Assembly: GCA_963514005.1 (NCBI GenBank)
Contig: OY740818.1
Location: 15,996,001-16,060,000 of the forward strand
Direction of reading: 5' to 3'
Length of the DNA: 64,000 nt
Source of the DNA: Raja brachyura
Taxonomy: Eukaryota
Positions within the stretch are counted from its first letter, which is position 1, and every line of letters begins with the position of its first letter. The notes under the pieces were generated by a model. That model ran no database searches, had not been told where the DNA came from, and worked only from the letters and a program-made list of their open reading frames with translations. A program made the translations under genes and the position numbers. This document shows, piece by piece, positions 59,201-64,000 of the stretch.

Positions 59201-60674
59201 TTTTCTTCGATTTGCTGGGGGAAATTAAATTAGTCTCCCTGTTCTTGTCCAAGCCAAACATACTTAAAGCCTTATCCTAAAGTTGTAATGACGCAGATGA
59301 TGATCATTTGGCTTGTCAGGTCCATGTCAGCAGCCAGGAGAGTAATCCCATTTTTTTTAACATTCCTATACTCATTATCCCAATGGCCCTGCAACTTATT
59401 CTCTTTCACACATGCCATCAATTCCCTTAGGTTCTTTTTTGCAACTAAGTGTAGTTTACAGTGGCAAATTAACCAACCAACATGTCCTACATGTTCACAT
59501 GAAGTGATATCATGTGTCGGAAAGAACTGCAGATGCTGGTTTAAATCGAAGGTAGACACAAAATGCTGGAGTAACTCAGCGGGACAGGCAGCATTTCTGG
59601 AGAGAAGGAATGGGTGATGTTTTGGGTCGAGGCCCTTCTTCAGACTGATGTCAGGGGAGCGGGCGGGACAGAGATGGAATGTAGTCGGAGACAGTAAGAT
59701 TAGTGGGAGAATGGGAAAGGGGAGGCGATAGAGAGAGAGGGAAAGCAAGGGCTGTTTGAAGCTAGAAGTCAATGTTCATATCGCTGGGGTGTAAGCTACC
59801 CGAGCAAAATATGAGGTGCTGTTTCTCCAATTTGCACTGGGCCTCACTCGGACAATGGAGGAGGCCTAGGGCAGAAAGGTCAGATTGGGAATGGGAGGAT
59901 GTGTTAAAATGCTAAGCAACCGGGAGATCAGGTAGGTTAAGGCAGACTGAGCGGAGGTGTTCAATGAACCAATCGCCGAGCCTGCGGTTGATCTCGCCGG
60001 TGTACACAAGTTGACACCTGGAACAGCAGATACGGTAGATGAGGTTGGAGGAGATGGATGGTGGGTGTTCAGAGAGATGGGGGGGGGGGGGCCAAGAGGA
60101 TTATTGTATGGGTGGGGAGTAGCTAGGGCCACCATATCATGCCATGTGATATCAAGCAAGTGTTATCATGCCATGTATTGAATGATGTGCCCATTGTAAA
60201 CTGACTTCCATCAATTATACATTTAGAATGCCAAAGCAAATGGCTGAAGTATGGAATCCATTGTGCCCATGTAACTTATTAGGAGTAGAGAGGAAAGATT
60301 TACCAAAAAGACAAAGTAAACCAAGGACAAGAGAAGGAATTAATCAGAACAATGTAGAGTACTATGTAATCCCCTGGTTCACAACAGAGACAAAGGAGAA
60401 ATCCTGAAGCCAAAACATGGAATCCCCACATGGATTTGAATGAAATTGGATACATCATTACTCTAATTACTGGCCAAGTAACCAGATTTCATTTTAATAC
60501 CAGTAACTAATTGGTTCCGCTGTTTTTCTTTACATTAACTAACAGGCAGCATTACCTGCAGGATTTTCATTAGGACAACTTCGTCACTGGCAGGGTCTGT
60601 GCCCACAAAACGAGCATGTGTGACAGCATCAGCCATATTTTCAATTCCCTCTGCTGCACCTTCATGATTAGGGT
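2106..60674 (-). CDS. GBF1: GBF1, Golgi-specific brefeldin A-resistance guanine nucleotide exchange factor 1 (partial multi-exon CDS; 30 exons in window, both ends outside)
   Basis: The spliced exons give a continuous frame of 4410 nt. It carries GBF1 hallmark peptides: [20 protein letters not shown], the HUS box LYINFDCD, Sec7 motifs [10 protein letters not shown] and [12 protein letters not shown], and RGYTSDSE. All introns are GT-AG with consistent phases. Confidence 0.98.
3568..3770 (-). CDS. GBF1: GBF1 exon: [10 protein letters not shown]...[19 protein letters not shown](VSQD)
   Basis: ttgcag| acceptor; two in-frame donors, at 3580 (CAG|gttagt) and 3568 (GAT|gtaagt). Confidence 0.95.
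4345..4591 (-). CDS. GBF1: GBF1 exon: VGRDDLD...[38 protein letters not shown]
   Basis: gggcag| acceptor, GTG|gtaagt donor, 247 nt; ORF 4304..4591. Confidence 0.96.
5290..5880 (+). mobile_element. Decayed CR1-type LINE 3' end
   Basis: 'ggggtgacctgatagaggtttataaaatcatgagggg' and 'tagagggcataggttcaagg' match the CR1 ORF2 C-terminal ([17 protein letters not shown]) region; ends approximate. Confidence 0.75.
6064..6224 (-). CDS. GBF1: GBF1 exon: [54 protein letters not shown]
   Basis: taaaag| acceptor, GTG|gtgagt donor, 161 nt. Confidence 0.95.
6366..6560 (+). mobile_element. tRNA-derived V-SINE (HE1-like)
   Basis: Pol III-like head (tggcatg..gcgtagtggtag…tcgatcct) followed by V-domain-like 'acgttctccc…ctcccaca..aaagacgtacaggtttg.aggttaattggc'. 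Confidence 0.7.
7780..8040 (+). mobile_element. Non-LTR retrotransposon 3' tail / SINE with (aactga)n tail
   Basis: 'cttttcactgtacc..ggtacac.tgacaataaactgaaactg' is also found at 24820-24898. Confidence 0.65.
8128..8353 (-). CDS. GBF1: GBF1 exon (HDS2): [13 protein letters not shown]...[16 protein letters not shown]...SHDA
   Basis: ttttcag| acceptor, CAG|gttaat donor, 226 nt; ORF 8123..8353. Confidence 0.96.
8931..9084 (-). CDS. GBF1: GBF1 exon (HDS2): [14 protein letters not shown]...[24 protein letters not shown]
   Basis: cctacag| acceptor, CAG|gtacg donor, 154 nt. Confidence 0.96.
9888..9982 (-). CDS. GBF1: GBF1 exon (HDS2): [32 protein letters not shown]
   Basis: cattag| acceptor, CAG|gtaca donor, 95 nt. 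Confidence 0.96.
10392..10463 (-). CDS. GBF1: GBF1 exon (HDS2): [24 protein letters not shown]
   Basis: ttccag| acceptor, AAG|gttcga donor, 72 nt. Confidence 0.95.
11516..11639 (-). CDS. GBF1: GBF1 exon: [41 protein letters not shown]
   Basis: atgcag| acceptor, AAG|gtaaat donor, 124 nt. Confidence 0.96.
11900..12278 (+). mobile_element. Rex/Babar-like LINE 3' end
   Basis: Encodes a degenerate 'IKDPPHPSH.. LLPSGR..R..K..RFRNSF' related to the ORF at 25054; tail 'gggacatatgacaataaaacactcttgactctt' is shared with ~1860-2006 and ~5960-6016. Confidence 0.7.
12974..13038 (-). CDS. GBF1: GBF1 exon: [22 protein letters not shown]
   Basis: tctgcag| acceptor, CG|gtaag donor, 65 nt. Confidence 0.96.
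13636..13654 (+). promoter_or_regulatory. Candidate CTCF-binding site
   Basis: TGACCAGCAGGTGGCAGTA closely matches the CTCF core consensus and lies in non-repeat intronic sequence. Confidence 0.45.
15280..15965. mobile_element. Rex/Babar-like LINE fragments (minus 3' end ~15280-15700, plus RT-upstream piece ~15800-15965)
   Basis: ORF 15679..16005 contains [23 protein letters not shown]...NDY, a typical non-LTR RT-upstream motif; boundaries approximate. Confidence 0.65.
16339..16380. repeat. Tandem repeat, 14 bp x3 (ATGGGCATTGCATG)
   Basis: Three perfect copies read directly. Confidence 0.9.
17296..17472 (-). CDS. GBF1: GBF1 exon (HDS1): [23 protein letters not shown]...[12 protein letters not shown]...LLPKAMIE
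   Basis: cctgcag| acceptor, GAG|gtaat donor, 177 nt. Confidence 0.96.
18684..18777 (-). CDS. GBF1: GBF1 exon (HDS1): [31 protein letters not shown]
   Basis: ctctgcag| acceptor, GAG|gtcggt donor, 94 nt. Confidence 0.96.
19406..19537 (+). mobile_element. 132-bp solo Penelope-like terminal repeat with hammerhead-like motif and 11-bp TSD
   Basis: Flanked by TTCTATACACA at 19395-19405 and 19538-19548; contains CTGAAGAAGGGTCTCGACCCGAAACGTC. Confidence 0.85.
19647..19883 (-). CDS. GBF1: GBF1 exon (Sec7 end/HDS1): [12 protein letters not shown]...[29 protein letters not shown]
   Basis: ccttag| acceptor, CAG|gtaaa donor, 237 nt; ORF 19643..20062. Confidence 0.96.
21135..21472 (+). mobile_element. 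CR1 LINE 3' end
   Basis: ORF 21134..21325 ([15 protein letters not shown]…[14 protein letters not shown]) plus CR1 3' UTR 'gatcagccatgattgaat'. Confidence 0.88.
21676..22032. mobile_element. Tc1/mariner (Tigger-like) MITE, old
   Basis: 15-bp perfect TIRs CAGGTTGAAACTCTC / GAGAGTTTCAACCTG; TA on the left flank (right flank AA). Confidence 0.7.
22218..22300 (-). CDS. GBF1: GBF1 exon (Sec7 C-terminal): [28 protein letters not shown]
   Basis: ctttgtag| acceptor, AA|gtaagt donor, 83 nt. Confidence 0.96.
24235..24360 (-). CDS. GBF1: GBF1 exon (Sec7 motif 2): [42 protein letters not shown]
   Basis: gtgcag| acceptor, GAG|gtaggt donor, 126 nt. Confidence 0.97.
24899..25734 (-). mobile_element. 5'-truncated Rex1/Babar-like LINE (RT C-terminal half and 3' UTR)
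   Basis: Starts at YADD (25723-25734), then open ORF 25054..25716 ([44 protein letters not shown]); (TTTGAC)n tail. Confidence 0.9.
25987..26364. mobile_element. Non-autonomous hAT-like DNA transposon
   Basis: ~33-bp imperfect TIRs (..atcctatagc..gcaagatagatcactc); flanking duplication ACGAATA(T/G). Confidence 0.8.
26496..26619 (-). CDS. GBF1: GBF1 exon (Sec7 catalytic): [41 protein letters not shown]
   Basis: Contains the FRLPGE glutamic-finger motif (GAA at 26544-26546); aattag| acceptor, CAT|gtatgt donor, 124 nt. Confidence 0.97.
26943..27362 (+). mobile_element. Penelope-like element 3' fragment with an inverted 5' partial copy
   Basis: Terminal repeat with hammerhead-like motif at 27239-27266; 26943-27010 is the reverse complement of parts of 27030-27164. 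Confidence 0.75.
28049..28251 (-). CDS. GBF1: GBF1 exon (Sec7 N-terminal): [24 protein letters not shown]...[23 protein letters not shown]
   Basis: cacaag| acceptor, GG|gtattg donor, 203 nt. Confidence 0.96.
28600..29085. mobile_element. PIF/Harbinger-like non-autonomous element, one end retained
   Basis: Ends in AAGTGGGACAGGCCCT, resembling the TIR of the 55657 element; GC/CpG-rich interior; left end not found. Confidence 0.55.
29524..29612 (-). CDS. GBF1: GBF1 exon: [30 protein letters not shown]
   Basis: tatag|TAG tandem acceptor, AAG|gtaat donor, 89 nt (86 nt with the distal AG). Confidence 0.94.
29965..30960 (-). mobile_element. Internally deleted CR1 LINE (3' UTR joined to endonuclease region)
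   Basis: ORF 30685..30960 has a degenerate APE N-terminus ([14 protein letters not shown]…[10 protein letters not shown]); CR1 3' UTR at 29965-30090. Confidence 0.75.
31772..31906 (-). CDS. GBF1: GBF1 exon (HUS-Sec7 linker): [10 protein letters not shown]...[24 protein letters not shown]
   Basis: tctctgcag| acceptor, CAG|gtaaag donor, 135 nt, phase 1->1; ORF 31671..31958. Confidence 0.9.
32075..32680 (-). mobile_element. Older, decayed Penelope-like fragment
   Basis: 'aaactgcagatgctgg' terminal repeat plus decayed GIY-YIG/RT segments; boundaries approximate. Confidence 0.55.
32685..34985 (+). mobile_element. Penelope-like element 3' part (GIY-YIG endonuclease), split by a Tc1 insertion
   Basis: ORF 32614..32844 has [26 protein letters not shown], a GIY-YIG/CCHH-like motif. 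The sequence resumes after 34811 and ends in the terminal repeat. Confidence 0.8.
33201..34811 (+). mobile_element. Full-length Tc1-family DNA transposon (IR/DR type, DD34E), inactivated
   Basis: ~220-bp TIRs and TA TSD. Transposase runs from ATG 33577 (MKPKEH..) to ~34593 with [32 protein letters not shown] and [11 protein letters not shown](K); it has stops and frameshifts. Confidence 0.95.
36788..38462. mobile_element. Non-autonomous hAT transposon with 8-bp TSD
   Basis: TIRs CAGGGCCGGCC / GGTCGGCCCTG; perfect TSD CTTTCAAG at 36780-36787 and 38463-38470. Confidence 0.92.
37478..37769 (-). mobile_element. CR1 LINE 3' end nested in the hAT element
   Basis: (catagaaa)n tail; ORF 37550..37807 [10 protein letters not shown]…[14 protein letters not shown]. 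Confidence 0.88.
39290..39715 (+). mobile_element. Decayed Rex/Babar-like LINE 3' end
   Basis: 'cataatcaaggaccat..caccc…tctcccctctccca..gggcagaa.atacaga' corresponds to the IIKD..HP..FSPLP.GR.YR motif. Confidence 0.6.
39795..41102 (-). mobile_element. Second Tc1-family transposon, deletion derivative
   Basis: 5' end TA|CAGTGCCCTCCATAATGTTTGGGAC at 41102; ORF 40021..40299 WTDEMKI…[14 protein letters not shown]; the other end TA|CAGTGCCCT is at 39795. Confidence 0.88.
41456..41639 (-). CDS. GBF1: GBF1 exon: [32 protein letters not shown]...KENSN
   Basis: ttgtag| acceptor, G|gtgagt donor, 184 nt. Confidence 0.96.
42193..42387 (-). CDS. GBF1: GBF1 exon (HUS box): [10 protein letters not shown]...[25 protein letters not shown]
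   Basis: cccctag| acceptor, AAG|gtaca donor, 195 nt; ORF 42157..42387. Confidence 0.96.
42591..42896 (-). mobile_element. V-SINE (HE1-like)
   Basis: tRNA-like head, V-domain 'gtggaatttgcacgttctccctgtgactgcatgggtttcctcc', (ctaaa)n tail. Confidence 0.8.
43270..43362 (+). mobile_element. ~93-bp solo Penelope-like terminal repeat with imperfect TSD
   Basis: GTCTGAACAAGGGTCTTGACCCGAAACGTCACC…; flanks TCATCATACTGACTTTTA / TCATCATATGACGTTTTA. Confidence 0.75.
43609..43707 (-). CDS. GBF1: GBF1 exon (HUS): [33 protein letters not shown]
   Basis: tttcag| acceptor, GAG|gtaagt donor, 99 nt; follows a 93-nt intron. Confidence 0.96.
43801..44012 (-). CDS. GBF1: GBF1 exon (HUS): [22 protein letters not shown]...ELCRHLFQ
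   Basis: ctctcag| acceptor, CAG|gtagg donor, 212 nt; ORF 43768..44031. Confidence 0.96.
44430..44822. mobile_element. Penelope-like fragments in opposite orientations
   Basis: Plus-strand terminal repeat ~44430-44525; minus-strand 'gtaagctac.caagc..aatatgag.tg' segment ~44720-44820. Confidence 0.6.
44978..45170 (-). CDS. GBF1: GBF1 exon: GGRLDEF...[11 protein letters not shown]...[19 protein letters not shown]
   Basis: ttttgaag| acceptor, AAG|gttggt donor, 193 nt; ORF 44967..45311. Confidence 0.92.
45783..46021 (-). CDS. GBF1: GBF1 exon: [15 protein letters not shown]...[20 protein letters not shown]...QQEFQ
   Basis: ctaaag| acceptor, CAG|gtaaat donor, 239 nt; ORF 45714..45995. Confidence 0.93.
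46554..46731 (-). CDS. GBF1: GBF1 exon: [23 protein letters not shown]...LLNNHP
   Basis: ttgcag| acceptor, CAG|gtatgt donor, 178 nt; ORF 46525..46752. Confidence 0.95.
48450..48485 (-). CDS. GBF1: Candidate alternative GBF1 microexon: [12 protein letters not shown]
   Basis: 36 nt, stop-free, phase 0/0 inside a phase-0 intron. Polypyrimidine tract ttttttccccctgag| (unusual GAG acceptor) and strong CAG|gtaagg donor. Confidence 0.6.
49387..49752 (-). mobile_element. CR1 LINE 3' end
   Basis: tagaaacatagaaaataggtgcagga tail and 3' UTR shared with the copies at 37478 and 56557. Confidence 0.88.
51124..51178 (-). CDS. GBF1: GBF1 exon: [18 protein letters not shown]
   Basis: ctgcag| acceptor, AAG|gtaga donor, 55 nt, phase 2->0. 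Confidence 0.95.
53188..53248 (-). CDS. GBF1: GBF1 exon: [21 protein letters not shown]
   Basis: ctgcag| acceptor, AAG|gtaga donor, 61 nt, phase 1->2. Confidence 0.95.
55214..55491 (+). mobile_element. V-SINE (HE1-like)
   Basis: 'gacccgggtttgattctg' B-box-like segment, V-domain 'ggagtttgcacgttctccctgtgaccg..tgggttt', (ctaaa)n tail. Confidence 0.82.
55657..55914. mobile_element. PIF/Harbinger-like MITE
   Basis: 16-bp perfect TIRs TGCCCCTGTCCCACTT / AAGTGGGACAGGGGCA; flanks TTT / TTA (TWA-type 3-bp target). Confidence 0.8.
56231..56339 (-). CDS. GBF1: GBF1 exon: [36 protein letters not shown]
   Basis: tttag| acceptor, G|gtgagt donor, 109 nt; overlaps ORF 56154..56336. Confidence 0.96.
56557..57215 (-). 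mobile_element. CR1 LINE ORF2 C-terminal region and 3' UTR
   Basis: ORFs 56961..57239 ([19 protein letters not shown]) and 56610..56849 (TRGHSLRI…[13 protein letters not shown]). Confidence 0.9.
57664..58487 (-). mobile_element. CR1 LINE ORF2 endonuclease-RT linker fragment
   Basis: [38 protein letters not shown] and [10 protein letters not shown]-type motifs. Confidence 0.88.
59516..60052 (-). mobile_element. Penelope-like element 3' fragment
   Basis: Encodes a decayed …[32 protein letters not shown] segment; terminal repeat at 59516-59650. Confidence 0.82.
60556..60674 (-). CDS. GBF1: GBF1 exon (DCB domain): [40 protein letters not shown]
   Basis: ttgcag| acceptor, CAG|gtaat donor, 119 nt, phase 1->0. 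Confidence 0.96.
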
Positions 60675-63532
60675 CTGCAAAAAAAACACTTCAGTATTAA
60701 CATCCCTAAACTTTTAATTAACAATATTGAGCAAATTATTGAGCAACTTCCAATTAGTTCGCTTAAAATTTGCACTATAGATGTTTCAGAGTTTAACGCT
60801 GTTAATAAAACCAATGATCCGCCATCATTTATTTACAACATAAGAGTGATTCAGGATTAGCTTCATTATTGGTCAATGTGCACTGGCATTTTTAAAATTA
60901 TTTTGAATCAACTTCTGGAACAAACCTAAAATAGGGTTAAGCATAGAGACTGTGGCTTTTGGACACTTTTGTCATGGACTTTTCACAAACTCATGTCCTT
61001 AGTAGGAAATATAATCTTCTGACTGGGATGAAACAAACTGGCAATATTGTGGTCTAGGTCGTGGGGTTTTATCCAAACGGACTACCATATGCCACTGTGC
61101 ATCTTCAACATCAATGTATTTTTCACATTCCTGCTAAGTACATAGACTTTACATAATCTTTCAAATTATCCATCCATAGCGTGTGGATGAGGAATAGTTT
61201 AAGATGCTGCTGTCAAGTACCTTAGCAATGGCAATAATTAGCTGTGTACTCTGTGGATATATACGCCAAGACAAAATGGTCAATTTAGAAACTTTAGACA
61301 AAGGGAGAATTGGCTGAATAAAAGGTTTTAGATTACATCAGTGAAAATACCTAATGAATCTTACTGCTTCAACAGCATTGAGCTTTCTGAAATTTAAGTC
61401 ATTTATTGAAAAATATAGACAATTACAGTTACAGTTTGGAAAGCTGAAGCATAGCTTTACAATGACAGATCTGAAAAATAAAAAAATTCACACTACTTCA
61501 CTGTCACATAAGGCCTAATTGATTCAACTAATTGCCATTGATAAGGAAGGAATCGTATAATCCAGAATAGCAGAGCTAAGTAAAATAAATGTTCATGCTG
61601 GCTGGAAGCAGAACAGAGGTTTTGTTTTGACTTAGTTGAGTGGCTAAAAGGAAATGTAATGTTGTTTGCCCAAGTTAAAAGCTGCTACACGTCTCAGCTG
61701 TGAGGAGATCTTGAGCACTGCACTACATAGTTAAACTGCACAGAATGTAACTAGCTTCCTCAAAAAGAAATGCAATGTTGCAAAGAAACTAACATGTTGT
61801 GATATAATGACAGTTCAAAGTTGAACACTTCCCTTGTGTTCAGCATTGCCAAGGATGATGTTCGCCACAACTATTACACAAAGGCACTGGCAATGACCAC
61901 AACAGCAAAGCGAACAGCAAAACTCACAGCACCAAGGATGGATCACAGTAATATCGGAGGTGCCATTGATTTTTTCCATTATTGATTTTAGTACATATAA
62001 AAGATGGGAATAAATTACCACATATAGACAGGGGGCGGGTGATCATTTTCTACCAGTAGCATAAACCCCCCTCAAATAAGCTTCTTTCTTGAAGTTTAGC
62101 AACAATTTGGCACAACTCCAGGCAGTAATCTGATCCATGGGTTCTGCCCCAACTCATGCTGGCAACAAGGCATTAGGCAACAATGCCATCATTTATTGTC
62201 GTTCATGTTTAGATAATTATTATAGCAGTACTCCAGTGCAAGGACATGATTTATCTATTGTCACAGGACACTCTTATTACTAAGAAATCTAAATCTGGCA
62301 GCAAGTGAAGAAATGAATAAAAATACCAAGATATAGTTTATAAATCAGATTCACATACATAGCAGCTGGTTGTACCATTCTCTAAACTGTACCATTCTCT
62401 AAACCAGCTAAAACTTTGCCCTTTCTGTAAAGTGCAGCCGTTCCAGCTGCTTGCTGGCACAATTATTAGCAACTTCCTTGCTGAAATTTATACCAAAAGT
62501 ACAAAGGGAATTAACATTTTGAATTTGCATGCTGAAAATACATTCCTCACTTGGGCAAACTACTTATGTGACTACTGAACAATACTAACCTGATTCCACT
62601 ACTCACTATCTTTGCAAACTATTTTATCTGTATCTTACTGAAGCTTTAAGCTCACTCAACAGCATCTCCATCAATGAGCAATGGTAATGACTGAGATCCA
62701 ACAAACATGTTGATAACTGGATCAACTTATTTTTTTTAAAGTGGTTCTTTCAGATATCTTCTTCAAACATAAAGGACTGGACTCAAAAATAATTTTGTGC
62801 ACTCATTGTTGTTATGTCATATACATTCATCAATTAATACAGCATAATGAAACTGGTGCCCATAGCAAATGTAATCATGCTTGCAGGTCTGGACTAGGTT
62901 TCCTGACTGGGGTCAGAGTAGGCGTTGTCTTGCCTGGACAATGCATTTATGGTATAAATGTAACTAAGGGAATTCACAGTTAATATGTGTTATGTTGGCA
63001 GTTTTCCAAGCTTGAGGCCAGTCAAATTTCAAAAGATTTGCAAGCCCATTACTGAAACTGTATTGCGAATCCACGAACACAAATGCAATACAATATGAAA
63101 AGGCTTTACTTCCTTTCCCGAGTATTTCTTTTACCACATTGGAGACCATTTGGCCCATCCATGCTAGTTCTCAGAGCAAACCCATTAATCCCATTTGCCA
63201 CACATTTCACTGTAACCTATTCTCCCTCATGTGGCTATCAATTCCCCTGGTCAGTAACCACTAACCTGCACTAAGAAATACTTTTACAAAACAGAGCATC
63301 ATTATAAAATGATTATTACTGTTATGACTACTTTACAATTATTAAATCTAGTTAAATTATAATGAATTATCACCTGCAACAGTAAACACTGATATTTTAT
63401 GCCAAGTTTCAACATTAATTCAGAGCAGGTTTCCAGTTCTCTTCCAAGGACATAATTAAATGTAAAATTTGCAATTCATAATGTAACATTGCTCCTCTTC
63501 ATTTATCAATTAATTTGTTAATTTTCATGAAT

Positions 63533-64000
63533 AAGAAGAAAGTGCAGATGCTGGTTTAAATCAAAAGTAGACACGAAGTGCAGGAGTAACTCCGCAGGAC
63601 AGGCAGCATCTCTGGTGAGCAGGAATGGGCGACGTTTCAGGTCGAGACCCTTCTTCAGACTGATGTCAGGGGAGTAGGCGGGACAAAGATAGAATGTAGT
63701 CGCAGACAGTAAGACTAGTGGGAGAACTGGGAAGGGGTTGGAGAGAGGGGAGACAAGGGCTCTTTGAAGTTAGAGAAGTCAATGTTCATACTTCTGGGGT
63801 GTAAACTACCCAAGCAAAATATGAGGTGCTGTTCCTCCAATTTGCACTGGGCCTCACTCTGACAATGGAGGGAACCCAGGACAGAAAGGTCAGATTGGGA
63901 ATGGGAGGGGGAGTTGAAGTGCTGAGCAACCGGAGATCAGGTAAGTTAAGACTGACTGAGCGGAGGTGTTCAGCGAAACAATCGCCAAGCCTGCGCTTGG
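63533..64000 (-). mobile_element. Penelope-like element 3' fragment (runs off the window)
   Basis: Collinear with and highly similar to 59516-60000 (KRRLGDCFAEHLRSV); hammerhead-like motif at 63631-63658. Confidence 0.85.

Noticed and set aside
62371-62404. Small tandem duplications (17 bp x2 here; also ~39034-39070, ~11323-11353, ~22326-22347)
   Set aside because: Ordinary slippage or repair duplications with no sign of function
664-63274. Most short ORFs in the six-frame track as independent genes
   Set aside because: They are GBF1 exons read through into introns, antisense frames of exons or TEs, TE fragments, or random ORFs with non-ATG starts. None supports a nested gene.

Overview
This is eukaryotic genomic DNA. 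The repeat content (V-SINE/HE1-type SINEs, CR1 LINEs with (TTTCTATG)n-type tails, Penelope-like fragments) points to a cartilaginous fish, probably a skate or ray; that assignment is an inference. The whole window lies inside one minus-strand gene, GBF1 (Golgi brefeldin A-resistant Arf GEF 1). I traced 30 internal coding exons from 60674 down to 2106. All have AG/GT boundaries and matching phases, and together they give 4410 nt (~1470 aa) covering the DCB C-terminal part, HUS, Sec7, HDS1, HDS2 and the start of HDS3. The start and stop codons lie outside the window. The introns hold CR1, Rex/Babar-like and Penelope-like retroelement fragments, V-SINEs, two Tc1-family transposons, hAT elements with target-site duplications, and PIF/Harbinger- and Tigger-like MITEs. 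The most notable extras are: (i) a hammerhead-ribozyme-like motif (CTGAAGA-A-GGGT-CTCG-ACCC-GAAAC-GTC) in the Penelope-like terminal repeat, which also occurs as tiny TSD-flanked solo insertions; (ii) a candidate in-frame 36-nt GBF1 microexon; (iii) a candidate 28-nt frameshifting exon upstream of a cluster of RBFOX motifs; (iv) tandem splice sites. I found no evidence of a wholly new biological system. Most ORFs in the supplied track are spurious or are exon or transposon fragments.
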